Source: an uncultured Pseudomonadota bacterium (GTDB lineage: Bacteria > Oederibacteriota > Muellerivitia > Muellerivitales > Muellerivitaceae). From it: DNA of 64,000 bases. This document shows, in pieces, positions 11,977 to 22,395 of the stretch. How positions within the stretch are numbered: position 1 is the first letter of the stretch; every line of letters begins with the position of its first letter. The notes under the pieces were generated by a model. The model did not search any database, was not told the origin of the DNA, and saw only the letters and a list, made by a program, of their open reading frames with translations. A program made the translations under genes and the position numbers. The stretch covers positions 64,001 through 128,000 of the forward strand of contig CAVYRH010000011.1 of NCBI GenBank assembly GCA_963770835.1. The letters are read 5' to 3'.

Positions 11977-12450
11977 ATGCGACATCAAGCACATCATGGA
12001 CGTTTAGGGGTGCAGCCGGCTCACCGCCGGGCCCTTATCCGGAATATGGTGACCTCACTGCTGAAACACGAACGTATCAAAACGACGAAAATCCGTGCCA
12101 AAGAAATTCGCCGATACGCCGAGAAAATGATCACCATTGCCAAAAAAGAAACTTTGGCGTCCAAAAGGCGGATTTTAGGATTCGTCCGGGAAAGGGAAGT
12201 GGTTAATAAGCTTTTTAAAACCCTCATTTACCGATACGCGGAACGAAAGGGTGGGTATACCCGTATTTTAAAACTCGGCTACCGCATGGGGGATGGAGCT
12301 GAAATGGTCTTTTTGGAATTGGTTGACCGTCCAACCGAAGAAAAACCTTCTGAAACAAAGGTAGAAAAGAAGGAAAAAGACGAAGCCGGTTCTTCCGAAC
12401 CCAAAAGTGAGAAGAAGAAAAAACAAACGGAAGCCACCGCAGCCTCTTGA
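11977..12450 (+). CDS. rplQ: 50S ribosomal protein L17
   Basis: MRHQ...HRRALIRN; GGYTRILK; charged C-terminal tail. Confidence 0.96.
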   Translation: MRHQAHHGRLGVQPAHRRALIRNMVTSLLKHERIKTTKIRAKEIRRYAEKMITIAKKETLASKRRILGFVREREVVNKLFKTLIYRYAERKGGYTRILKLGYRMGDGAEMVFLELVDRPTEEKPSETKVEKKEKDEAGSSEPKSEKKKKQTEATAAS

Positions 12451-12535
12451 CTTTCAAACTCCAAATAGAAACGGTTTCATTTGGATTGATTTCTTTTGAC
12501 CTGCTTCGTGCCTTTGCTTAAAATATCCTGACCTT

Positions 12536-13054
12536 ATGAAACGAATGACCCACAAAACCTTTTTTCTCGCAGCAGTTGTTCTTTTGTTTTCAACTTCCCT
12601 CGTTTTGGCCCAAAATGCGGATACCGGTTTATCCGGGAGCCTTGAAACCAATCATCAGGATTATTTTTACAAGGATCCGAATAAGGCTTTTCTTTTAGCC
12701 TTTTTTCCCGGATTGCTCATTCACGGATACGGTCATTTTTACGCGGATGACAACCTTATGGGAGATGTTCTTCTCACGGGGGAAGTCGTCTCGGTCTTAT
12801 CCGTGGGCCTCGGCGCGCTTATAAGATCTGATACAACCACCTTTTCCGGAGGGGTTTTGGGTGACTCCAACAACGCCGGGAATATAGGAACCAACCTCAT
12901 CTGGGGCGGAGTGATCGCTTTCACGGGTCTTTGGATCGTCGATATGGCCCACGCTCCCACGGCCGCCAGTGATTTTGACGACGAACACGGCTTAAAACCG
13001 GTGGCTTATCTTGAACAAGATCGTCCTACCCTGGCTCTTGCCTACCGATTTTAA
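12536..13054 (+). CDS. Hypothetical exported/membrane protein
   Basis: Signal peptide; PGLLIHGYGHFY motif; hydrophobic segments. Confidence 0.6.
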   Translation: MKRMTHKTFFLAAVVLLFSTSLVLAQNADTGLSGSLETNHQDYFYKDPNKAFLLAFFPGLLIHGYGHFYADDNLMGDVLLTGEVVSVLSVGLGALIRSDTTTFSGGVLGDSNNAGNIGTNLIWGGVIAFTGLWIVDMAHAPTAASDFDDEHGLKPVAYLEQDRPTLALAYRF

Positions 13055-13320
13055 AAGACAGATCAAGAATTTTTTGATGAATTGTGTTTGGTTTGGTTCC
13101 TTTTCTGTCCCTCCATTTAACAATCTCGAATCTTGTTCAACAAAACAATACTCGATGAAATCAGTGGTGTTTTTCTAGCCTAGTTAGAGGAATCAATTTC
13201 AAATTTATTCGCTTGTTTTTACTGTCTTTTATTCGTTTTTTGGGGTCTTCCCAACATATTGCCCACGTTACTCCGGAAGCGATAAAATAGCCTAGTCGAT
13301 TTTTTGTGAGGAGGTATGGG

Positions 13321-14856
13321 ATGAAAAGTACAAAGATATTTATCCATGGTTGTTCTTTTGCTGTTTTTTTGGTCGTCGCACCATTAAGTGCCGCAATTTT
13401 CCAATTTGGACCTGCCGATTCATTATCGGCCGGGATGAGTCCGCGTGGCATTGCAGTTGGAAGCTTATTCGAAAACGGAACGCAAAACCTCGTTGTGGCC
13501 AATTTTGGTTCTCCAACTTTTATTGGTCAATCTACTCCCGCTTCTCTTTTAAATTCCTCCAGTTCAAATATTGAGATTTTTTCGCCTTCCCCCACAGGCC
13601 TTCAACTAACCGCCACCATCCCAACCGCTTCGAGCCCGCGGGACATCAGCCTGTTCGACCCTAATGGCCAAAATAGGGAATCGATTTTTATCACCGCTTA
13701 TGATGCGAACTTTTTACAGGTTTTTAGCTATTTGGGGAACCAATGGATAAAAACGGATGAAGCGCCTACTTTGAATATGCCGGTGGGCGTTGCCACAGGT
13801 TTAACAGGTCCTGGGGGAATTCCTTTCGTGGTCGTGTCTGACTACGGATCGAATAATCTTTCAGTATTTTCACTTGCGGGTGGCAAACTAGGCAAGCGGA
13901 TTGATATCCCGGTGGCCGAAGGTCCAACCCAGGTTGCCATTGGAGATCTCAACGGTAGCGGGGTCAACCAAATTGCTGTCGTCTGTTTGCCTGATAGCAA
14001 GATCGATATTTTGTCGCTGGATCCAAATTCAAAAGGAAGAGAGGGCAGCCTTTCCTCCCTTAAATTGACTCAAACGATTTCGATGCCTAAGGGAAGCGCC
14101 CCCGCAGATTTGAGGATAGCCGATTTGAACGGTGATGGAAGATTGGATTTGGCCGTGGCCGATTTCGCAAACAACGCCATTTATACGTACCTACAACAGA
14201 AAGACGGATCCCTCTTGGTCCAGCCGGTTTTGGAAACCAGTGGCAATCATCCGAATGGTTTAACGGTGGCTGACCTAGACGGCAGTGGAAGAAAAGAAAT
14301 CATCGTGGCCAACCGCGACTCGGATTCCATCGATGTATTCCAATCCGAAGGCGGCCAGTATCAACTGACGCAGACCTTGAAAACTTCCGGCGACCTTACT
14401 GGCTCCTTCGGGCCTATTGAGGTGGGCGTTTTGGACACCCGGGGAAATGGGGAAAAGGATTTAGTGGTCAGCCATATGCGTTCGAACACACTTAAAGTCC
14501 TAGTCCAGGCATTGCCCTTGTCCGCGCTTACGCCGGTTTCGGGGTTTTCCGATAATAGAAGGGCGCCCTTCTCCGAAAAAACAACGTTTTGTTATCCCAA
14601 TCCCACCCATGATGGAAACGTTAAGTTTTGCTTTAACCTCGACACGCCGTCTACCGCGCTCATCCAGGTTTTTGACATAAATGGTGAAAAGGTCTGGCGC
14701 CAAACGGTGGAAGCGGGCCAGACCCAAATCGGGCCAAACATCATTACCTGGCCTGGAACCAATCAGGCTGGACAAAACCTGGCGAGCGGGCTTTATGTTT
14801 ATAGCGTCACAGTTGGCGGTCAAACGGTCACAAAAAAAATGGTTATCCTCCATTGA
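13321..14856 (+). CDS. Secreted FG-GAP/VCBS repeat protein with C-terminal FlgD-Ig/sorting-like domain
   Basis: Repeats GDLNGSG, ADLNGDGRLDLAV, ADLDGSGRKEI; C-terminus YPNP...W.G.N..G..LASGLYVY. Confidence 0.8.
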   Translation: MKSTKIFIHGCSFAVFLVVAPLSAAIFQFGPADSLSAGMSPRGIAVGSLFENGTQNLVVANFGSPTFIGQSTPASLLNSSSSNIEIFSPSPTGLQLTATIPTASSPRDISLFDPNGQNRESIFITAYDANFLQVFSYLGNQWIKTDEAPTLNMPVGVATGLTGPGGIPFVVVSDYGSNNLSVFSLAGGKLGKRIDIPVAEGPTQVAIGDLNGSGVNQIAVVCLPDSKIDILSLDPNSKGREGSLSSLKLTQTISMPKGSAPADLRIADLNGDGRLDLAVADFANNAIYTYLQQKDGSLLVQPVLETSGNHPNGLTVADLDGSGRKEIIVANRDSDSIDVFQSEGGQYQLTQTLKTSGDLTGSFGPIEVGVLDTRGNGEKDLVVSHMRSNTLKVLVQALPLSALTPVSGFSDNRRAPFSEKTTFCYPNPTHDGNVKFCFNLDTPSTALIQVFDINGEKVWRQTVEAGQTQIGPNIITWPGTNQAGQNLASGLYVYSVTVGGQTVTKKMVILH

Positions 14857-14892
14857 AGATAGCCACTTTGGATTTAAATCGCTTCCGAAATC

Positions 14893-15375
14893 TTAGTTTT
14901 TGATTTCTGAAGGGGAAGCCACCGATGATTTATCGGCCGTTTCGTTTTGTTCCGAGCGGAATATTTGGTTTGAATTCTTGTGCGAGCCCTTCGTCAGGCG
15001 ATATCCCGCAACTTCCAAGGCCTGTTTCCAACTTCCAAATTCACGCCGGGCCGCCGAATAAAGGGCTAGACGGTCCCGGTAGGTTGATAAGAGATTTTGC
15101 GATTCGGCCTTTCGAATTTCGTCCAGAACCTGTTCTTTGGACCATTTGGTCAGCTTTTTGCGGCGCCTTGTTTTGCCGGCTTCCAATATTTGGTCGTAAT
15201 CAATACCCGCCGCCTTTACGGCGTTTGCCCAGCTGGAAAAATACCGACGGGAACAGGCGGCGGTAAAAAGCGGGATGTGGTTTTTGGAAATATTGCTGGC
15301 AGATATATCCATATTTTTATTCCTCAGCTCTTTAATTGTTTCAACGATTTTTTCTTTGGACCATTTTTGCTTCAT
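14893..15375 (-). CDS. Hypothetical basic protein with two tandem repeats (KWSKE...FxSW..A...AG), possibly DNA-binding
   Basis: Internal duplication visible in the translation. Confidence 0.6.
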   Translation of the reverse strand: MKQKWSKEKIVETIKELRNKNMDISASNISKNHIPLFTAACSRRYFSSWANAVKAAGIDYDQILEAGKTRRRKKLTKWSKEQVLDEIRKAESQNLLSTYRDRLALYSAARREFGSWKQALEVAGYRLTKGSHKNSNQIFRSEQNETADKSSVASPSEIKN

Positions 15376-15788
15376 GGGAGACCCCCTAAAAATTTTCATG
15401 TGTTGACAGGCATGATTTGTTAGATTTGTTTGAACCACAATCTAAGCAATATTATGATATATTACGTTATATTATGAATCAATATGTTTTATTAGCTTTA
15501 AACAGCTCAATTTAGTAGGGAACATGCCAAAATTAATGATTTTTGGGGTTGTTTCCCCAAATGGCTTCAAATCTAAGGTTTCTTCTCATTTCTGATCCAA
15601 TTTAATTCACCTTCGGGCCCGTAACTGAAGGAGCCCAAAATTTCTAAATTTATAGGCCTTTCTTAAATGGCAATTTAAGACCGTATCAGTTGAAATTGGT
15701 AAAAACCAGCTGTGCCCATTCATCAAGATTCCAATAAAGTTAAAAGGTTAAATCGCGTTATTCGATCGCCTGGTAAACTAAGCGGCCA

Positions 15789-16505
15789 ATGAAAAAGATC
15801 AACGAACTCATTGAACTATTGCTCTTTTTTACCTTTACGCTGGTTCTCGGTTTTCTATTTCTCATCAACCTACCGATTTTCGAAGAGCCCCATGGGCTCC
15901 TTATCATGAACGAACTTTCGGATTTTTCCAGCAACCAACTGGCGGCCGCTTCATTATTCGGCTCGATCATCGTTTGCATCGGTCTCGGCGCGCTGATGAT
16001 GAAATGGCTCCCCTTATTCACGCCGGGAATGACGGCGAATTTATGGGCGACAACCTATTTTTTGATGTGGGTGGATAGCATGTTCGCCCTCTCCGTACAG
16101 GCGCAATCATTCCATTACCTGGTTCTTTTAGGTTTAGGCCTTTTATTCCTTTATCTTTTCTTTTTCACTTTGTATTACCTGGATCTTCCAAAAGACACGA
16201 ACCAGGCACCGGAAGAACCATCCTTCAAATACAAACTCATCCATTATTGGCTCGGGAGTTGGATGGGGATTTATTTCATTGTTTCGATCCGGCTTCTCTT
16301 TAATTCCTTTGGATACCCCGAGCTTCAGTGGCCCCTCGCGATGGGCTTTTGCGCCTTGTGTTTTTTAAATTACCTTCTTTTTCTTTTTTTAAGAAAATCC
16401 CGGGGGAAGGGCGTCGACGGATTATCCCGCGTTGGCAGAATTTTCTTTAGCCTTTGGTTTCTAACGCTCTTATGCACGGGGATAAGCCAGCACTATTTCC
16501 GTTGA
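15789..16505 (+). CDS. Hypothetical multi-pass membrane protein
   Basis: Several hydrophobic segments. Confidence 0.6.
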   Translation: MKKINELIELLLFFTFTLVLGFLFLINLPIFEEPHGLLIMNELSDFSSNQLAAASLFGSIIVCIGLGALMMKWLPLFTPGMTANLWATTYFLMWVDSMFALSVQAQSFHYLVLLGLGLLFLYLFFFTLYYLDLPKDTNQAPEEPSFKYKLIHYWLGSWMGIYFIVSIRLLFNSFGYPELQWPLAMGFCALCFLNYLLFLFLRKSRGKGVDGLSRVGRIFFSLWFLTLLCTGISQHYFR

Positions 16506-16577
16506 GGCGCGCAAAAAGTTTCGGCCCCCGGACCGTTTTTCAGTCCGCGCCGGGTTTGGAAGGACTTTAGGAATTTC

Positions 16578-18725
16578 ATGGGGAATGGCGTGAACAAGAT
16601 TAAGCGCTTCATGAATGTCCAAGTGGAGGGCTTGGTCTCCACGAGCCCCTTTTGGACTTGGTTCTTTTTCTTCGTTTTTGTGATATCGAACGGGCTCCTG
16701 GCCTATTCATCGCTTCCTTACCAGATGAAAATATGGGTTTTCATGGCCGGTATCTTATTGACTTTCGCCCTTTATGCCCGCGGGAGAGTCGCCGATAAAA
16801 TTGACGTTAAAAAAAGTTTCACCAACCCCATCCTTCCCATTCCACCTATCGGGATTTGCCTATTCCTGCTTGGCATCGCCCTATTCCTGCGTTTTTTTAA
16901 ACTCACCAGTCTCCGCCTTTGGCCCACCGGTGACGAGGGATTGCAGGGTTTTTTCGCCATTGAACTGGTCAAAAAATGGGATTGGAGGTTTTTCTACACC
17001 TCGGGGCAGCATCCACCGCTTTTAATATGGATTTTAAAATTTTTCTTTCAATCCTTCAGGGACCCTTTCTTCAACCTTTGGTTTCCACCGGCGTTATTTT
17101 CCTCTTTCACGTTGATCATCGGTTATTTCGCTTCCAGATTATTTTTTTCAAAATCGGTAAGCTTTATATTCTTCCTTTTATTGGCGTTTAGCTTTTGGCC
17201 ACTTGATTTCGGAAGATTTTGCGTACAAGGCGCATTAGTGCCTTTGTTTGAAGTACTCTGTTTTTATTTTTTGGGGCGCTTTTTAAACGAGCCGAGGCCG
17301 TTATTCCGAAGGATATGGGCGGGGATTTTAGGGATAAGCCTTGGCCTGGGATGCCTGACCTTTACCTCTTGGGTGATGGTGATCCTATTCGTGGCTTTAC
17401 TGGTTGCCCTACGAACCTTCGCGCGGCGCCCAAACGATCGCGATGACGTTCTTTTTTTTGCGGTATTCTTTTTCATCGGATTTTCCCCGTGGCTCATCGC
17501 CTTCTCCCGGGAGGGTTTCGGGGGATATCTTTTTGGAGTTTCTTTCTTTAGCGGTTTTTTCACATGGAAGCAGCAATTTTTAACTTCTCTTTCAAATTTC
17601 ACTTCTTTGTTTTGGGGACCCTTCCAAATCGAGGCGGGCTATGGCCCGACTTGGGGTGGGGTGCTCAATCCCCTTTTAGGCGGATGTTTTTTCCTGGGGG
17701 CGGCGGAACTTTACCGCATGCGCCAAGAGCCTATTGCCCACGTTTTGTTTCTGGGCTTTTTGCTGTTTTTGCTGCCCGGATTTCTTGCGGCAGACCACGT
17801 TGAGATGTTCCGGATCATCCCGGTTATGCCCGTCCTTTTAATGATGGTGGTATTTGGAATTTGGAGACTTCTTTTAACGCTTTCTTTCGACAAAAGACTC
17901 TTCTTATTGTTTCCCCTCATCGGCTCCTCCTTCCTCATCGATTTTTACCATTTTTTAAGGCCCCGGCTGGCTGGAAGCAATCCCGGGGTTGAGTTTAAAA
18001 AAAATATGGAAGATGAAAGTTTCCAGGCCTTCCAATTGTTGAGGAATATGGGTGACCACCATGGCCCTGGGCTCATTTTCACGGAGTTTTTGCTTCTTTC
18101 CCGGGGCCATAATTTGCGGGTGGCCGTTTATCCCTTTAACGCGGCCGACAATCCCGCGATCAATCCCGATCAAGCGACTTGGGCTTCCGTGATTGTGAAT
18201 GTCCATTATGGGTACTTTCTCGCCAAGCGGTTTCCGAAATCCCAATGGCGCCGGATCACCGTAGGGAGCCAGGAGGATGGCGGCCTCGCGGTGGGGATCA
18301 TCCCCCTTGAAAAAAAGGACAGGGAAGCCATGCTTTGTTGGTTGCGCGCGCAGGACTATGTCCATCAATTGGGCGTCCAGTCGGAAAATATGATGAATAA
18401 CCAGCCCTTTTACCAGTCGATTGTGCAGAAGCTGGCCGACGGCTATCCCCTGATGGAAGGGGATCCGTTTCTGGAGTCCATCTATGGCGAATGGATCGCC
18501 CAATACCGCTATACCCATGGCCTCGAAAGGAATATTTCCGCCCTCCAACGGGCGGTGGAAAAAGGTTATCCGGCCGCCAACCTTTATTACAAACTTGGAA
18601 ATTTTCTCTTCTTAAACCGGCAAATCCCCGAAGCCCAAAAAGCTTATTTGATGGCGGCAGGGTGCAATCCCAATTACACTAATGCCACTGAAGTCCTTTC
18701 GCGTATTTGGGGGAAAAATCCGTAG
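16578..18725 (+). CDS. Membrane glycosyltransferase (GT-C, ArnT/PMT-like) with C-terminal TPR-like helices
   Basis: LRFFKL...DEG..; HPPL motif; many TM helices; LYYKLGN..EAQKAY. Confidence 0.65.
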   Translation: MGNGVNKIKRFMNVQVEGLVSTSPFWTWFFFFVFVISNGLLAYSSLPYQMKIWVFMAGILLTFALYARGRVADKIDVKKSFTNPILPIPPIGICLFLLGIALFLRFFKLTSLRLWPTGDEGLQGFFAIELVKKWDWRFFYTSGQHPPLLIWILKFFFQSFRDPFFNLWFPPALFSSFTLIIGYFASRLFFSKSVSFIFFLLLAFSFWPLDFGRFCVQGALVPLFEVLCFYFLGRFLNEPRPLFRRIWAGILGISLGLGCLTFTSWVMVILFVALLVALRTFARRPNDRDDVLFFAVFFFIGFSPWLIAFSREGFGGYLFGVSFFSGFFTWKQQFLTSLSNFTSLFWGPFQIEAGYGPTWGGVLNPLLGGCFFLGAAELYRMRQEPIAHVLFLGFLLFLLPGFLAADHVEMFRIIPVMPVLLMMVVFGIWRLLLTLSFDKRLFLLFPLIGSSFLIDFYHFLRPRLAGSNPGVEFKKNMEDESFQAFQLLRNMGDHHGPGLIFTEFLLLSRGHNLRVAVYPFNAADNPAINPDQATWASVIVNVHYGYFLAKRFPKSQWRRITVGSQEDGGLAVGIIPLEKKDREAMLCWLRAQDYVHQLGVQSENMMNNQPFYQSIVQKLADGYPLMEGDPFLESIYGEWIAQYRYTHGLERNISALQRAVEKGYPAANLYYKLGNFLFLNRQIPEAQKAYLMAAGCNPNYTNATEVLSRIWGKNP

Positions 18726-18763
18726 CCAGAGCTACGGCCTGAATATTTAAACAGGGGAAGAAT

Positions 18764-19456
18764 ATGGTTGCGACCGTTATTGTGTTGGTGGTTTTAATTT
18801 TTGTCATCTCCAAGGCATGGAGGTTTTTCCTGGAAACCTCCGACGAAATCCGGCATATCCGCCTTTTGGAACCCTGGTACTGGTTTGTTTTTTTAAACCT
18901 CACCCTCACGATGGTTTCCAGCAATTATGACTACCAGTTCCTGATGGTGGGCCTGCTTCTCCAAATCGCGTTGAGCGCCTGGTTTGCCGTGTCGCTCGGT
19001 TGGATCATCCAATCCTGCCCCCATAAGATGGCCCTCTTCAACGAAAGCTGGTTTGTCAGGGGAAAAAGCGTCAAGTTTTGCTACCGCTGTGGGACGCGCC
19101 TCTCCAAGGATTTCCACGCTTCGGAAGTGAAAGACCATTCCTGGCAGGTTTTTCTCTTCCATGTTTCGCCCCCTCTTTTTGAGTACATCGGTTTTTGGGT
19201 CGCCCAATCTCTCATGGTGCTTATCTCCGTGTTTTTGGCCCTGCGGTTTTTGAAACAATCCGACCTCCAACACCAGGCGGTTTTGGTGGCCGTGATCCTG
19301 GTCGTGTTGGTTCCGCCGCTTCTTTACTTCCTCGGCCGGTTCCGGCGTTACCTGTCGGATACGGGCGGCATGATTTGGTGGGACGACCTCAAAAGCTCTT
19401 TTCTCACTTGGGCCGTTGCCCTTGGCATCCTCTGGGGAATTTTGCATTTTTTGTAA
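18764..19456 (+). CDS. Hypothetical membrane protein with a CxxC (FCYRCG) motif
   Basis: Hydrophobic ORF. Confidence 0.55.
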   Translation: MVATVIVLVVLIFVISKAWRFFLETSDEIRHIRLLEPWYWFVFLNLTLTMVSSNYDYQFLMVGLLLQIALSAWFAVSLGWIIQSCPHKMALFNESWFVRGKSVKFCYRCGTRLSKDFHASEVKDHSWQVFLFHVSPPLFEYIGFWVAQSLMVLISVFLALRFLKQSDLQHQAVLVAVILVVLVPPLLYFLGRFRRYLSDTGGMIWWDDLKSSFLTWAVALGILWGILHFL

Positions 19457-19481
19457 ACAAGAGCCGGCCGCCAGCCTTGGC

Positions 19482-19510
19482 TTGACAAAAGGCGGAGAGG
19501 CCGTTATATT
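19482..19510 (+). promoter_or_regulatory. Sigma70-type promoter of the ilv-leu operon
   Basis: TTGACA-17 nt-TATATT. Confidence 0.8.
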
Positions 19511-19544
19511 TCCTAGCGCAGTTCAATTTTTTAGGAGTTTTTCA

Positions 19545-19622
19545 ATGGCCTTCGGAATCGCAATGAACTTAGTGCTTTTGGTACTGGTACTTGTATTGCG
19601 TCCGGAGGCGGTGCGCTCCTAA
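19545..19622 (+). CDS. Branched-chain amino acid attenuator leader peptide
   Basis: AGGAG RBS; MAFGIAMNLVLLVLVLVLRPEAVRS with a 10-residue Leu/Val run directly before a terminator. Confidence 0.8.
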   Translation: MAFGIAMNLVLLVLVLVLRPEAVRS

Positions 19623-19635
19623 CGACGGCTACCAG

Positions 19636-19680
19636 GCCGCGGAGTCCCGCCCAACGGGACTACCGCGGCTTTTTTGTTTT
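19636..19680 (+). terminator. Attenuator terminator
   Basis: GCCGCGG-AGTCCCG...CGGGACT-A-CCGCGGC followed by TTTTTTGTTTT. Confidence 0.85.
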
Positions 19681-19848
19681 AAGGCCCGGTTTTCCCGCCA
19701 AAGCAGACCTCCAAATACTGGTTTAAAAGCTTTTTCCGGTTTTTCAGCGGGCTTTTTACCCTGAATTGCCTCGAAAAAGCCTCAATTTAATGTAAAATCT
19801 GGGTCTTTACGCCCATTCAGGGCGTGGGGAACTTCAAGGGAGAAGACC

Positions 19849-21615
19849 ATGGCTAAGCAAAAAATGAAACTCAAACAAGGCGCGGAGATGGTGGTGGAGG
19901 TTCTCTTGAGCGAGGGGGTCGACATTGCCTGGGGCGTGACGGGCGGGGCCATCCTGCCGGTTTACGACGCCCTTTACCGCAACCGGGACAAGATCCGCCT
20001 CATCGACACCCGCCATGAGCAGGGGGCGGTCCATATGGCCGAAGGCTACGCCAAATCCACCGGCAAAGTGGGTGTTTGCGTGGTCACCTCCGGCCCCGGC
20101 GCCACCAACATCGTCACGGGTTTGGCCGACGCCTATATGGATTCGGTTCCCCTGGTGGCCATCACGGGCCAGGTCCCGACCTCCCTTATCGGCACCGACG
20201 GATTCCAGGAAGCGGATGTGGTGGGAATCACGCGGCCCTGCACCAAGCACAATTACCTGGTGAAGAACATCCAGGAACTTCCCCAGATCATGCGGGACGC
20301 CTTTTTCATCGCCCGTTCCGGGCGGCCGGGGCCGGTTTTGGTGGACATCCCCAAGGATATCGCGGCGGCCTCGGCCGAAGTGGAAATCCCCACCAAGGCT
20401 ACCATTCCCCTGTCCAAGTTCGTGCCCACGCCGGACATGAACGAGATCGATAAGATCGCCGAGTACTTGAAGCACGCCAAGCGCCCCCTGATTTACGCGG
20501 GGGGCGGCGTCATCAACGCCGGGGCGGCCGAGGAACTTTATAAATTCGCTCGCAAGACCAATATCCCGGTCACCCTGACCCTGATGGGCCTGGGCGCCTA
20601 CCCGGCCACGGACCGGCAGTTCATCGACATGCTGGGCATGCACGGCAGCTACCGGGCCAACATGGCCTTGACCAACTGCGACCTTCTGATCGCCATCGGC
20701 AGCCGTTTCGACGACCGGGTGACGGGCAAGTTGAGCGAGTTTTCGCCGAACTCCAAGAAGGTCCATATCGACGTGGACCCAACCTCCATCGGCAAGAACG
20801 TCAAGGTGGACGCCCACGTGCTGGGCGACATGCGTTTCATCCTCAAGGACCTGACCAAGCGGGCCGGGTCCATGGATTACGACGCCTGGTACGACGAACT
20901 GGACGGGTGGCACAAGAGCCATCCCCTGGGCTACAAGCAAGACCCGAAGGGGGAGACATTGCCCCAGTTCGCCATCGATGAAATCTACCGCATCACCAAG
21001 GGCGACGCCTATGTGGCAACCGAAGTGGGCCAGCACCAGATGTGGGCGGCCCAGTATTACAAGTTCAACAAGCCCCGCCGTTGGATCACCTCAGGGGGCC
21101 TGGGCACGATGGGCTTCGGCTTCCCGGCCGCTATCGGCGTGGCCTTCGCCCATCCCAACGCCACGGTCATCGACATCGCCGGCGACGGCAGCTTCCAGAT
21201 GACCCTGCAGGAACTGGCCATCGTCAAGCAATACGACCTGAACGTGAAGACCATCATCATCAACAACAAGTTCATGGGCATGGTCAAGCAATGGCAGGAC
21301 TTGTTCTTCGACAAGCGCTACGCGGCCACCTCCATCCCGGCCCAGCCGGATTTCGTGAAATTGGCGGAGGCCTACGGCATCAAGGGCCTCAAGGCCGAGA
21401 CGTCCAAGGAAACCACCCAGGTGCTGGAGGAGGCCCTGACCACGAAGGGGCCCTACCTGGTGGACGTGGTGGTGGACAAGGAAGAGCACGTCTATCCCAT
21501 GGTTCCGGCGGGCGGGGCGGTGAAGGATATCGTCCTTTCCAAGGCGCACGAAAAGCAAAAGGCGCAGGAAAACCGCGCCAAGGGCCCCCAAAAGCCCACC
21601 CAAGTGCACCTTTAA
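19849..21615 (+). CDS. ilvB: Acetolactate synthase large subunit
   Basis: RHEQGA; TSGPGATN; GDGSFQM TPP motif. Confidence 0.96.
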   Translation: MAKQKMKLKQGAEMVVEVLLSEGVDIAWGVTGGAILPVYDALYRNRDKIRLIDTRHEQGAVHMAEGYAKSTGKVGVCVVTSGPGATNIVTGLADAYMDSVPLVAITGQVPTSLIGTDGFQEADVVGITRPCTKHNYLVKNIQELPQIMRDAFFIARSGRPGPVLVDIPKDIAAASAEVEIPTKATIPLSKFVPTPDMNEIDKIAEYLKHAKRPLIYAGGGVINAGAAEELYKFARKTNIPVTLTLMGLGAYPATDRQFIDMLGMHGSYRANMALTNCDLLIAIGSRFDDRVTGKLSEFSPNSKKVHIDVDPTSIGKNVKVDAHVLGDMRFILKDLTKRAGSMDYDAWYDELDGWHKSHPLGYKQDPKGETLPQFAIDEIYRITKGDAYVATEVGQHQMWAAQYYKFNKPRRWITSGGLGTMGFGFPAAIGVAFAHPNATVIDIAGDGSFQMTLQELAIVKQYDLNVKTIIINNKFMGMVKQWQDLFFDKRYAATSIPAQPDFVKLAEAYGIKGLKAETSKETTQVLEEALTTKGPYLVDVVVDKEEHVYPMVPAGGAVKDIVLSKAHEKQKAQENRAKGPQKPTQVHL

Positions 21616-21677
21616 AAGGCAGCTCACAGCCGGCAGTCGACAGCCAGGCAAAAGAACTTAAAAGAAAGGCAAAAACC

Positions 21678-22220
21678 ATGAGACACACTATTTCGGTCCT
21701 TGTGAACAACCGCGCGGGGGTTTTGTCCCGCGTTTCCAACCTGTTTTCGGCCCGGGGCTACAACATCGACAGCCTGGTGGTCGGCATCACGGAGGACCCC
21801 AAGGTGTCCCGGATGACCATCGTGGTGCGGGGCGACGAGCGGGTCATCGACCAGGTGGAAAAACAGCTCAACAAGCTCATCGACGTGATCAAGGTTTCGG
21901 ACCTCACCAACGAGGACTTCATCGCCCGGGACCTGGCCTTGATCAAGGTGAAGGCCGAGCCCAACACCCGCAGCCATGTCATCGAGATCGTCCAGTGTTT
22001 CGACGCCAAGATCGTGGACGTGGCCTTGAAGAGCTTCACCATCGAGGTCACCGGCAAGGAAAGCAAGATCAACGCCATGGTCGATCTTTTGAGGCATTAC
22101 GGCCTGTTGGAGATGGTGCGCACCGGCGAGGTGGCCATTTTCCGGGGCAAGAAGGTCCAAGAGGAAGAGGAAAAGAAGGTCAAGATGAAGGCGGGAAAAG
22201 CCGGACAGTCCAATCTTTGA
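21678..22220 (+). CDS. ilvN: Acetolactate synthase small subunit
   Basis: MRHTISVLVNNRAGVLSRV..RGYNIDSL; KQLNKLIDV. Confidence 0.95.
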   Translation: MRHTISVLVNNRAGVLSRVSNLFSARGYNIDSLVVGITEDPKVSRMTIVVRGDERVIDQVEKQLNKLIDVIKVSDLTNEDFIARDLALIKVKAEPNTRSHVIEIVQCFDAKIVDVALKSFTIEVTGKESKINAMVDLLRHYGLLEMVRTGEVAIFRGKKVQEEEEKKVKMKAGKAGQSNL

Positions 22221-22395
22221 AAGGCAGTCGGCAGTTCGCAGTTGTCCAGTTTCACAATTGATAAACCAGGCTTCGCCTGGGCAATGAAAACTGGACTACC
22301 CTGATCTCTTTATGCGGGCTTCGGCCCGAAGGCAATACGAAGATCAGGGTGGCAGGTAAACCTAAATAAAAAGGCGAAAACCTAAGGAGACAAAG

